A DNA stretch of 64,000 nucleotides from assembly GCA_964016885.1 (NCBI GenBank), contig CAXHJY010001226.1, forward strand, positions 1-64,000, read 5' to 3'. The position numbers were made by a program, and so were the translations under genes. The stretch's first letter is position 1. Every line of letters begins with the position of its first letter. Origin of the DNA: Eledone cirrhosa (taxonomy: Eukaryota). The notes below the pieces were generated by a model. It had not been told where the DNA came from. It saw only the letters and a program-made list of their open reading frames with translations, and ran no database searches. Below are positions 1-19,793 of the stretch, one piece after another.

Positions 1-1451
1 GAGCAGTATTGTTTCTGCAGTATCTCACCCATGGTTTTAGCATTGTCTTGAAGAGTGCCATTTTCATCAATTAGAGGGCCAACAGTAGAGCCAGTGATTT
101 TGTGTTTTTTTGCAAATGAAAAGAACACTTTGGGATTGAGTTTGATCTTCTCAATGGCCCAGGCCTCCTCAGCTCTTCTCTGATTGTTGATGAGGGACAT
201 TATGTTGTTTTGGAGGTTATGTTTTTTAATCTCTAGTGATGAAATGGCAGTTAAGTTGATGTGTTGCTGCTGACAGTATTTCAGCTTGTTGATTTTTTTG
301 TTCGTTCTCTTAATTTTTCTGATGAGCGTTTTTCTATTTCTAGGGATTCTGCTCTTAGATTTGTTTATAGTTCTTAATGGGGTGTGTTTAGCACATATGT
401 TTGTAACAGTGTCCACAAATGTCTGCCAGGACTTTTTGATGTTAGTGGGTGTATGAGTGTGCGTGAAGGACCAGTCGACATGTGCAAGATCATGACTGAT
501 CGCTTCCCAGTTTACATTGTGGAAATCCATAGCGTCAAACGGATGGACAGGAGAGATGATATTGGGTTTGTATATTGGACGGTGGAATCTCAGATCACAG
601 AGAACCATGTCATGATCAGAGAGTAGAGTTTTCTCCACTGCAATATTGTGGATATTGTCAGTGTGATTGCTGAAAATTAAGTCTAGGACGTTTTTGTGGC
701 ACCTCGTTGGTTCGAGCACCAGTTGGGATAGGAAGAAATCATCCATGAAGTCAAGAAGCGATTCCACAGCTTCCCTGTCAGAGGTTGAGGCGGAAGAACC
801 TGGTGGCAGGCTGTTTGTGGACCAGTCAACTCCGGGGAGGTTGAAGTCCCCCATCATTAAGATGTTGTCAGGGTGACACTCTTGGATGAAACACTTTATG
901 CTGTTGAGGCATTCCTTGAAGCATGGTACAGGCGTTTGGGGTGGCCTATAGAGCCCAACTACTAATAGGTTGTTGGTTTGACTGAATACAGTGACTGCCT
1001 CACAGTATCCATTAGTGAATATGTTCATAGCCTCTGTTGAGAAAGAATTATGGACATAAATGGCAGTTCCGCCCTTTCTTCTGCCAGCGCGATCAGCACG
1101 GATGGCTTTGAAATTTTTCACTTTCACCTCGGCTTCCAAGTGGAGGTTACTGAGATGGGTTTCAGTGAGGATGAAGAAAGGGATGTGGTTTGGATGGACA
1201 TCAATCCAGTCCTCCAGGAATTTGATCTTCCATTTTTGAGTATTGGTGGAAGGGCTGATGCCTTGGGCGTTAAGCAAAAATGTAGAGGCGAGAGTGGATG
1301 GTTTTAATTGTTTTGGTGTGTTGTTAATTTGTTTGTTTGTTAATGGCAGCAATGGGAGTTTGTGCAGTGGGGTGATAGTGGAGGGTGGTGCTGGGTGATA
1401 GCTCGAATGTTTTTTTCCAGTACTTTTGCCAGATTCATTATGGCTAAAAAA
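1..1451 (-). CDS. LINE ORF2 N-terminus: apurinic-like endonuclease (APE) and linker; partial, absent from the ORF track
   Basis: Manual translation is stop-free to the window edge: FLLNAQG...LTETHL...RADRAGRRKGGTAIYV...GLYRPP...MGDFNLPGVDW...PTR..NVLDLIFSN...LSDH...AIEKIKLNPKVFFSFAK. It is homologous to the ORF at 19864-22620. Confidence 0.9.
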
Positions 1452-2457
1452 GAGGAAGAAGTTTCCTGTTTAGAAGATTGTTGGTGACTGTGGTAGTGGT
1501 TATTTTTATGTAGGTTATGGTTTTTGTTTTTGTTTTTATTTTATTTTCATTTGTCCGACGGGTCCCCGGGAGATGGGTAAAGGGACAATCCCGGTCTAAA
1601 CACAATCTGTCTCGCAGGGAAAAACGGCAGATTTGTGGATTCCTTGTTTGAGTTATTGGTGGTTGTGTTGGTGTTAAATTAGAGTATGTATTATGGTGGT
1701 GGCTGTTTGTGGGGATAGATCGTTTTGTCCTAGGTAAATGGGTGAATTTGCAGCCACTATCCGTACATATTCTATAGCGTAGAGAGTAGCGGCAAATGAT
1801 GGGGTTTCGAGTGGGTGGGTATGTGGGTGTGTGTGTTGTGAGAGGTGTAGATGATGGTTTGGGTAGGATTTGACGACCTTTGTGGACTGTGGGAGGGAGA
1901 GTTCTTGTTCTGGTATTAGAAGGTAAATTCCTTGACATAGCAGTAGACAAAAATGTTGTAGTAGTAGTAGTAGTAGTAGGCAGAGATGTTGGCAGTGGTG
2001 ATGATTGGACTGCTGGGCCAGAGAAAGGATGTGGCGTTTCATGCTGTGAGACAGAGGCTACTGGGGGGTCAATAGTTTCATTTAGTAGATCGGCCATTGT
2101 TGATGAATCAAGGAGTGGTTCACACTGTTGTTGTCGTTGTTGTTGTTGTTGCTGTTGTTGATGTTGTTGTTGTAGCTGTTGTTGTTGTTGCCGTTGTAGC
2201 TGTTGTTGCTGCTGCTGGACACACCGTAGTTTATCCAAATGTTTATTGATTAATTTAAAAGCAATTTCGATTTGCTTTAATTTATTTTGAATCTGTTGTT
2301 CAGATCGAGTTTTCAAAAATTGAACTGTACGTTTAGCAATGTCGTTCAGAGATGAAGCATCTATATCTTCTGTTTGGGTAAGGCAATGCCATGTGTTTAT
2401 TAGAATGTCGATTTCATTATCAGACCAGTTCTGTTTGGATTTTTGCTGGTTAACCAT
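1444..2457 (-). CDS. LINE ORF1: Myb/SANT-like N-terminus, polyQ, Thr/Pro-rich linker, two CCCH-type zinc fingers
   Basis: First ATG at 2457. Motifs: WSDNEIDILINTW...IAKR...RSEQQIQNKLK (Myb/SANT-like); CRYSLRYRICTDSGCKFTH and CRFSLRDRLCLDRDCPFTH. Confidence 0.75.
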   Translation of the reverse strand: MVNQQKSKQNWSDNEIDILINTWHCLTQTEDIDASSLNDIAKRTVQFLKTRSEQQIQNKLKQIEIAFKLINKHLDKLRCVQQQQQQLQRQQQQQLQQQHQQQQQQQQRQQQCEPLLDSSTMADLLNETIDPPVASVSQHETPHPFSGPAVQSSPLPTSLPTTTTTTTTFLSTAMSRNLPSNTRTRTLPPTVHKGRQILPKPSSTPLTTHTPTYPPTRNPIICRYSLRYRICTDSGCKFTHLPRTKRSIPTNSHHHNTYSNLTPTQPPITQTRNPQICRFSLRDRLCLDRDCPFTHLPGTRRTNENKIKTKTKTITYIKITTTTVTNNLLNRKLLPLF

Positions 2458-2717
2458 TCTAGTTTTGAGTGTGTGTGTTTTAGTTAAGTATTTCAATATA
2501 TATATATTTTTTTTTAAATTTATTTTTGATTTATTTTTGTTTTTTGTTTTTCTTGTGTGTGAGTGAGAAGAGTATATATATAAATATGAGTATATATATA
2601 TATATATATATATATATTCTGGTTATTTGAAACTAATTAAGTTAATGAAAAGACGAAAGTATATAATAATAATTTGTAGTTAAAGGAAAATGTACTCACA
2701 AGTTCGAAAACACGTGG

Positions 2718-2825
2718 TTTCAAATATATAATAATATATTATAGATGTATGTAAATGTATTAACCGGTCAATTTTCAAATATATAATAATATAGATGTAT
2801 GTAAATGTATTAACCGGTCAATTTT
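2718..2825. repeat. ~55-bp tandem duplication in the LINE 5'UTR
   Basis: TTTCAAATATATAATAATAT...AGATGTATGTAAATGTATTAACCGGTCAATTTT occurs twice. Confidence 0.85.
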
Positions 2826-2918
2826 TGTTTGTTTGGTTTTGTTTTGTGGCTGTGTGACTTGCTGCTTACTCGGGGAGAGAAGTCAAAACACGTCCTTATA
2901 CTTCAACTGCTCAACTGT

Positions 2919-10843
<7,925 letters not shown>

Positions 10844-10845
<2 letters not shown>

Positions 10846-11453
10846 GGTGGCTGCCAACTCGTCTTCGAGTACGGCCACTACTTTATATCCATGTAGGAGA
10901 ACCCCTACCGATGCGCTGAACGAATGTGACTTTTTAGTCCAGCCAGCTACTTGAAAACTCTGGTACAAAGACTACACTTGTGACCATTATTGACACATAG
11001 TGCAGGGCCCATGGTACCATGTGAGGACAAGTGCAGAGAGATCTCCAGATATAAAGCAATGCCTGTGCCGTGAAGCTTTTATAGTGAGCAAAGGCACTGC
11101 ACAAAGCCAGCCCCACTCTCTTAACCAAGATGATATTTACCAAAAAGAAGAACAAGTCAACATCATTGGATACCATCAGGGTTGCAGGTGTTATATCAGA
11201 GTTTTCCTTCTCCTAGAATTCTGCCTTGACAAAGGCTAAGGGGTCATCTCTCCCTGTGATTTTGGATGGCCATTGACTCTTAAGAGCTCCTTTGCCCTTT
11301 GACAGGTTTTGTTTTTAGTCCTGCAGGATGTCCAAAGTCACCCTCCTCACCAAGAAACCTTGGTGGGGTTGCCAGTTTAGTCGCCAACGACCCGACCATG
11401 AGACAGGTTGCACTGGGATACATGTTACCAGTAGCACCAACTGGTGACCTATC
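10844..11453 (-). mobile_element. Non-autonomous bipartite RTE-derived element (5'UTR joined to 3' end)
   Basis: The rc has the RTE-5'UTR-like motif AAGGCA..TCTAGGAGAAGGAAAACTCTGA and a terminal C2H2 remnant [22 protein letters not shown] (10905-10982). Flanked by (TA)n. Confidence 0.6.
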
Positions 11454-11483
<30 letters not shown>

Positions 11484-11484
<1 letters not shown>

Positions 11485-11645
11485 TTGTTAATCGCTTGTT
11501 AAATGTGCAAGGACCCCATTCAATCATTACCTTCTATCTCTTCTCCTTCTTATAAATTCCTTAATTCTTAATCTAGCGTATTTTCAAACCTTAATTCCTA
11601 GCGTATTTTCAAACCTCAATTCCTAATTCTAGCGTATTTTCAAAG
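11484..11645 (+). repeat. Copy of an RTE-A 5'UTR segment followed by a ~25-30-bp tandem repeat (3 copies)
   Basis: 11485-11539 matches 12055-12109; CTAGCGTATTTTCAAA occurs three times. Confidence 0.7.
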
Positions 11646-11779
11646 CAAAAAACAAAATCCTTTCCTTCTTCCTTCTTTCGAAACTCGAAACTCGCGCTTC
11701 CTCGACCCCCACCTGCTACTTCGAAGGCATGGCGGTCAAACGCCCAATACACACAATCATCATGCGGCCACACACCCCC

Positions 11780-11832
<53 letters not shown>

Positions 11833-11836
<4 letters not shown>

Positions 11837-14800
11837 AGAAATTCACTTCGCCAAATTTCATTGCTTTGCTGTCTACCCCACGATATTCATGTAACGTAAT
11901 GTACATATTTTTCTTCATCTCTACCTCCACACTCCATATTTCGTACCAAGTCCAAATAGCCAATCTATCGCTAAAACAATCTACATTTTTTGTATTTATT
12001 AATTGTTAGATACGAAAGTTTTTGGTCGTATTGAACAGAACAAATTTTGTATTTTTGTTAATCGCTTGTTAAATGTGCAAGGACCCCATACAATCATTAC
12101 CTTCTATCTAGCTACCCAACACCCCTCCCTCCCGCCCCCACGCACCACCATTGCTATTACGTGGACCAATCATAAGCCAGAGCCCCCACGCATCACCAGT
12201 ATTATTATTACGCGGACCAATCAGAAGCCAGAGGCCTATACTATCGCTTGCCTGGTTGCCTTTCGATATATGATGGATGGATGGACTGCGGAATCCTGGA
12301 GAGTGGAGGAGAGAGAGAAAAATCTGGACGCTCAGCGACAATGCCAAAGATAAATACAAATTCACCTCTTGGACGAGAATGCGAGCACTCCTCATTGTTT
12401 CGAACGCGGACGGCTAACATAACCCCATCGCCCCCCGCCCCCCACCGCCCCCAACCCCCAAACGCAATCCAAAACTTCAGAGTTGGTACCATAAAGGGTC
12501 GCGCTAACGAGGTTGTAGAAATGCTTGAACGTAAGGAGGTCGATGTTTGTTGTATTCAAGAGACTAGGTGGAGGGGTGGGTCTGCTAGATTCATTGAGGG
12601 TAAAAAACGATGTTATAAGCTTTTCTGGGTGGGAAACGACGATGGGCTGGGTGGAGTAGGAATCATGGTAGCAGAAAAGTGGGCAGATAAGATAATAGAC
12701 GTAAATAGAGTGAACGACAGAATAATTAAAATACCACTTGTCCTCAATAGAACTACGGTGACAGTAATATCTGCGTACGCACCCCAATCCGGACTGCCCG
12801 GCACTATAAAAGACAGATTCTATGAGACACTGATGCTAACTACCTCCCAAATATCCGACAGTGACTATATAATTATTGCAGGCGACCTAAATGGTCACGT
12901 TGGACAACATTGTGACGGCTACGACGAAATCCATGGAGGCTATGGGTTTGGTACTAGAAATGAAGAAGGCTCCAGAATCCTGGAATTCTGTGATGCAAAT
13001 AACCTAACTATCTGTAACACTAACTTCAAAAAACGTGACAATCACCTGATCACCTATAGATCGGGGGAACACACAAGCCAGGTAGATTATATCCTTACCA
13101 GAAGACGTGACAGAGTGTCTGTTGTAAACACTAAATCCCTCCCCCATGAAGAATGCACCTCCCAACATAGACTGATAATTAGCGACCTCATAGTCAGGAC
13201 GAGACGTACTCGACAGCAGAAGAGGACTATCCTCAGGAGAAAAATATGGAAGCTAAAGGACCCCACAGCCAGGAATAAATTTCAAAGCATATTACTTGAT
13301 GCTTTCGACAGTAAGGAAGAACATTTAGAGTCGGACAATATAGAGGGAGAGTGGGAATTTCTGAAAGCAAACCTGCTGTTGGCGACAGACAAAGTCTGTG
13401 GCTGGAGCAGGCCTGTAGGCAGGAGGAGAGTAACATGGTGGTGGATCAGTAAGGTGGAGGGGTCAATTAAGGCCAAAAAGCAGGCTTGGAAAGAATGGCG
13501 GGATGGGGGAAGTAGAGAAGACTATCAAGTGGCCAGGAGGGAAGCTAGGAGACAAGTGTACTTAGCAAGAAGGGAAGCTGAGGAAAGAAAGTTCAAGCAT
13601 GTTCTACAACGCGATGACCAAAAACGTGAGGTGTTCAGGATTGCTAGGCAATGCGTCAAGGAAAACCGTGATATTGTCGGGGAGAAGTGTGTACTAAACG
13701 ACGATGGCACACTTGCCATCACCGACGCTGATAAGAAGGTAGCTTGGAAGTGTCACTATGAAAGGCTACTAAACGAGGAGAATAAATGGGAGAAAGACAG
13801 TCTCCCCCATATCGACCCAATAGAGGGACCAGCAGTGTTAGTCGAGGGGAGTATAATAAGTAAGGCAATCAAGGATATGAAGACGGGTAAGGCGGCTGGG
13901 CCTTCGGAAATAGTTGCTGAGATGCTGAAGGCATCTGGCACGGTGGGACACACCATGGTCACCCGCATAGTTAACCAAGTCGTACAGAATGGGGTTGTTC
14001 CGAAGGACTGGCATAGCAGCATCATCGTTAACTGTTATAAGGGTAAAGGAGACGCCCTAGATAGGAGTAACTATAGAGGCATTAAATTAATCGACCAGGT
14101 CATGAAGGTCACGGAAAAAGTAATAGCGCAACTAATCAGAGAGAGAATTGACCTAGATGAAATGCAGTTCGGGTTTGTGTCAGGCAAAAGTACCACAGAC
14201 GCTCTTTTCATAGTACGACAACTACAGGAGAAGTACCTAGCTAAAGGTAAACCCCTCTACTTAGCTTTTGTCGACTTGGAGAAAGCCTTCGACAGAGTCC
14301 CCCGCTCCATTATCTGGTGGGCTCTTAGAAAACTAGGCGTTGACGAATGGCTTGTGAGGGCTATACAAGCCATGTATAAAGAAACAGTCAGCAAGGTTAG
14401 AATTAACAACGAATATAGTGAAGAGTTTAGCGTAAAAGTTGGCGTCCATCAGGGCTCTGTTCTCAGCCCCCTACTATTTATTATTGCCCTTCAGGCTATA
14501 ACAGAGGAGTTCAAGACAGGCTGCCCATGGGAACTCCTATACGCAGACGACCTGACACTCATAGCGGAATCAATGGCCGAGCTAGAGAAGAAATTCCAAA
14601 CATGGAAGCACGGCCTAGAGTCAAAAGGACTTAAAATTAACCTGGCTAAGACCAAAGTTCTAGTTTGTAGGAAAGAAAACAAGGCGGCGGTCCCTTCTGG
14701 GAAATGGTCGTGCTCGGTGTGTAGGAAAGGCGTAGGTAGAAACTCCATTTTATGTCCTAAATGCAAAGTATGGGTGCATAAAAGATGTAGTGGGATCACA

Positions 14801-15882
14801 GATAAGCTAACTAAGAACATAGATTTTACATGTGGCCGGTGTTCTGGTGCAATAAGTAGCAGCAAGTGCCCACAAATACTAGCTCTTTCAATTGCGCAGA
14901 GGGTTCTATAGAAATAGTGGACAGCTTCCGTTACCTGGGCGATAAAATCAGCAGTGGGAGGGGGGTGCTCTGAAAGTACTGTAGCTAGAGTCAGAACTGG
15001 TTGGAAAAAGTTCAGAGAGCTTATACCACTATTAGCTGCTAAAGGGTTCTCCCTAAAAATGAAAGGCAGGTTGTACGATGCCTGCATACGAACAGCAATG
15101 CTGCATGGCAGTGAGACCTGGGCATTGTGTGCAGAGGATATACGCAGACTAGAGAGGAACGAAGCTTACATGCTCCGCTGGATGTGTAACAGTAATATAC
15201 GTGAACGGCAAAGCATAAACGAACTAAGGAAAAAATTAGAAATAAGAGGGATCAGATGTTTACTCGAGAGAAGGCTACGTTGGTATGGACACGTGATGCG
15301 CATGAAAGTCGATAGCTGTATAACAAAGTGCAGGGCAATAAAGATAAACGGTAGTCACGGAATAGGCAGACCTAGAAAAACCTGGGACGAGCTGATAAAC
15401 TCCGACATCACACACTTACACCTCTCCAAGACAATGTCACTGTACCGAGACCTTTGGCGGTACTCAGTAACAGAGAAGACCCGCCTTACCTAAATATATA
15501 GTAAAACCTACTCCAGCCAGTAGGCATCTCTAACAAAATACACCCCGTCCCACCACCACCACCCCCACCCCATCCACACCACCCCGTTCTATGTAAAGTT
15601 ATGTTGGTGCCGCGCCATCCAGGCCGAAACAAATGAGATCGTGTAGGTGTCACGACAAAAAAAACACACAGTCCACGCTGTAATGTGGCCGTGTAGGCAA
15701 CACGGTAAAAACCTCCCAGACCCACACTGTAAATGTGGTTGGTGTTAGGAAGGGCATCCAACTGTAGAAAACCTGCCAGACAGTCCTATGCGAGCAAGAC
15801 AATCACTCTTGCCTCAAGTGGGACTACCCCCGTCCAAACCCATGCAACCGTGGAACACGGACGTTAAACGTTGATGATGATG

Positions 15883-15884
<2 letters not shown>
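11833..15884 (+). mobile_element. RTE-clade LINE family A, copy 1 (near full length)
   Basis: Single APE-RT ORF, 3'UTR and (GAT)n tail running into (TA)n. Confidence 0.92.
12341..15493 (+). pseudogene. RTE-A APE-RT-PHD ORF, disrupted
   Basis: [43 protein letters not shown]. Compared with copy 3 it has a 12-bp deletion in the first APE motif and a -1/+1 frameshift pair at ~14874/14960 enclosing a stop. Confidence 0.9.
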
Positions 15885-16807
<923 letters not shown>

Positions 16808-19775
16808 ATCACTTGATCACCTATAGGTCGGGGGAACACACAAGCCAGGTAGATTATATCCTTACCAGAAGACGTGACAGAGTGTCTGTTGTTAACACTA
16901 AATCCCACCCCCATGAAGAATTCACCTCCCAACATAGACTGATAATTAGCGACCTCATAGTCAGGACGAGACGTACTAGACAGCGAAAGAGGACTATCCT
17001 CAGGAGAAAAATATGGAAGCTAAAGGACCCCATAGCCAGAAATAAATTTCAAAGCAAATTACTTGACGCTTTCGACAGTAAGGAAGAGCAATTAGAGTCG
17101 TATAATATAGAGGAACAGTGGGAATTCCTGAGAGCAAACCTGCTGACGGCGGCAGACGAAGTCTGTGGCTGGAGCAGGCCTGTAGGTAGGAGGAGAGTAA
17201 CATGGTGGTGGAACAGTAAGGTGGAGGAGTCAATTAAGGCCAAAAAGCAGGCTTGGAAAGTATGGCGGGATGGGGGAAGTAGAGAAGACTATCAAGTGGC
17301 CAGGAGGGAAGCTAGGAGACAAGTGTACTTCGCAAGAAGGGAAGCAGAGGAAAGAAAGTTCAAGCATGTTCTACAACGTGAGGACCAAAAACGTGAGGTG
17401 TTCAGGATTGCCAGGCAATGTGTCAAGGAAAACCGTGATATTGTCGGGGAGAAGTGTGTACTTAACGATGATGGCATACTTGCCATCACCGACGCTGATA
17501 AGAAGGTAGCTTGGAAGTGTCACTACGAAAGGCTTCTAAATGAGGAGAACAAATGGGAGAAAGATAGTCTCCCCCAGATCGATCCAATAGAGGGACCAGC
17601 AGTGTTAGTTGAAGGTAGTATAATAAGTAAGGCAATCAAAGATATGAAGACGGGTAAGGCGGCTGGGCCTTCGGAAATAGTTGCTGAGATGCTGAAGGCA
17701 TCTGGTTCGGTGGGACACACCATGGTCACCCGGATAGTTAACCAAGTCGTACAGAATGGGGTTGTTCCGAAGGAATGGCGTAGCAGCATCATCGTTAACT
17801 GCTATAAGGGAAAAGGAGATGCCCTAGATAGGAGTAACTATAGAGGCATTAAATTAATCGACCAGGTCATGAAGGTCACGGAAAAAGTAATAGCGCAACT
17901 AATCAGAGAGAGAATTGATCTAGATGAAATGCAGTTCGGGTTTGTGTCAGGCAAAAGTACCACAGACGCTCTTTTCATTGTACGACAACTACAGGAGAAG
18001 TACCTAGCTAAAAGTAAACCCCTATACTTAGCTTTTGTCGACTTGGAGAAAGCCTTCGACAGAGTCCCCCGTTCCATTATCTGGTGGTCTCTTAGAAAAC
18101 TAGGTGTTGACGAATGGCTTGTGAGAGCTATACAAGCCATGTATAAAGAAACAGTCAGTAAGGTTAGAATTAACAACGAATATAGTGAAGAGTTTAGCGT
18201 AAAAGTTGGTGTCCATCAGGGCTCTGTACTTAGCCCCCTACTATTTATTATTGCCCTTCAGGCTATAACAGAGGAGTTCAAGACCGGCTGCCCATGGGAA
18301 CTCCTATACGCAGATGATCTAACGCTCATAGCTGAATCAATGACCGAACTAGAGAAGAAATTCCAAACGTGGAAGCACGGCCTAGAATCAAAAGGCCTTA
18401 AAATTAACCTGGCTAAGACTAAAGTTCTAGTTTGTAGGAAAGAAAATAAGGCGGCGGTCCCATCGGGGAAATGGCCATGCTGAGTGTGTAGGAAAGGCGT
18501 AGGTAGAAACTCCATTTTATGTCCCAAATGCAAAGTATGGGTGCATAAAAGATGTAGTGGGATCACAGGTAAGCTAACTAAGAACATAGATTTTACATGT
18601 GGCCGGTGCTCTGGTGCAATAAGTAGCAGCAAGTGCCCACAAAATACTAGCTCCTTCAACTGCGCAGAGGGTTCTATAGAAATAGTGGATAGCTTCCGTT
18701 ATCTGGGTGACAAAATCAGCAGTGGGGGAGGGTGCTCTGAAAGTACAGTAGCTAGAGTCAGAACTGGATGGAAAAAGTTCAGAGAGCTTATACCACTATT
18801 AGCCGCTAGAGGGTTCTCCCTAAAAATGAAAGGCAGGTTATACGATGCCTGCATACGAACAGCAATGCTGCATGGCAGTGAGACCTGGGCATTGTGTGCA
18901 GAGGATATACGCAGACTAGAGAGGAACGAAGCTTGCATGCTCCGCTGGATGTGCAATAGTAATATACGTGAACGGCAAAGCATAAACGAACTAAGGAAAA
19001 AATTAGAAATAAGAGGGATCAGATGTTGTTTACTCGAGAGAAGGCTACGTTGGTACGGTCACGTGATGCGCATGAAAGACGACAGCTGTATAACAAAGTG
19101 CAGGGCAATAAAGATAGACGGTAGCCACGGAGTAGGCAGACCCAGAAAAACATGGGACGAGCTGATAATTTCCGACCTCACACGCTTACACCTCTCCAAG
19201 ACAATGTCACTGGACCGAGACCTTTGGCGGTACTCAGTAATAGAGAAGACCCGCCTTACCTAAATACAAAGTAAAAACCTACTACAGTCAGTAGGCACCT
19301 CTATCAAAACACACCCCCGTCCCACCACCTCCACCTCCACCCCACCCACACCGCCCCTTTCAATGTAAAGTTATGTTGGCCCCACAACATCCAGGCCGAA
19401 ACAAATGAGATCGTGTAGGTGTCACGACAAAAAACACACAGTCCACGCTGTAAATGTGGCCGTGTAGGCAACACGGTAAAAACCTCCCAGCCCCACACTG
19501 TAAATGTGGTTGGTGTTAGGAAGGGCATCCAGCTGTAGAAAACCCGCCAGACAGTCCACGCTGTAATGTGGCCGTGTAGGCAACACGGTAAAAACCTCCC
19601 AGCCCCACACTGTAAATGTGGTTGGTGTTAGGAAGGGCATCCAACTGTAGAAAAGCCGCCAGACAGTCCTATGCGAGCAAGACAACCACTCTTGCCTCAA
19701 GTGGGAAAACCCCCGTCCAAACCCATGCAAGCGTGGAACACGGACGCTAAACCTGATGATGATGATGATGATGAT
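16808..19775 (+). mobile_element. RTE-A copy 2, 5'-truncated, diverged subfamily
   Basis: Begins at HLITYRSG; premature TGA at 18481-18483; ~113-bp tandem duplication in the 3'UTR (19438-19550 / 19551-19662); (GAT)n tail. Confidence 0.92.
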
Positions 19776-19793
19776 ATATATACATATATATAT

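Larger units (their letters stand above)
1..2918 (-). mobile_element. CR1-clade non-LTR retrotransposon, 5' half (5'UTR, ORF1, start of ORF2); runs off the left window edge
   Basis: ORF1 and APE-type ORF2 on the minus strand. The 5' end (rc ...CAGTTGAAGTATAAGGACGTGTT, with the ACGTG motif typical of LINE internal promoters) abuts the (TA)n array at ~2918. Confidence 0.85.

Noticed and set aside
11340-11450. HDV-like or twister ribozyme call
   Set aside because: Neither helix order nor conserved residues fit; kept only as a structured-RNA candidate.
18481-18483. In-frame TGA as selenocysteine (as in Naiad PLEs)
   Set aside because: The other copies have TCG (Ser) at this codon; it is an ordinary nonsense mutation, and the PLEs here have a C-terminal GIY-YIG.
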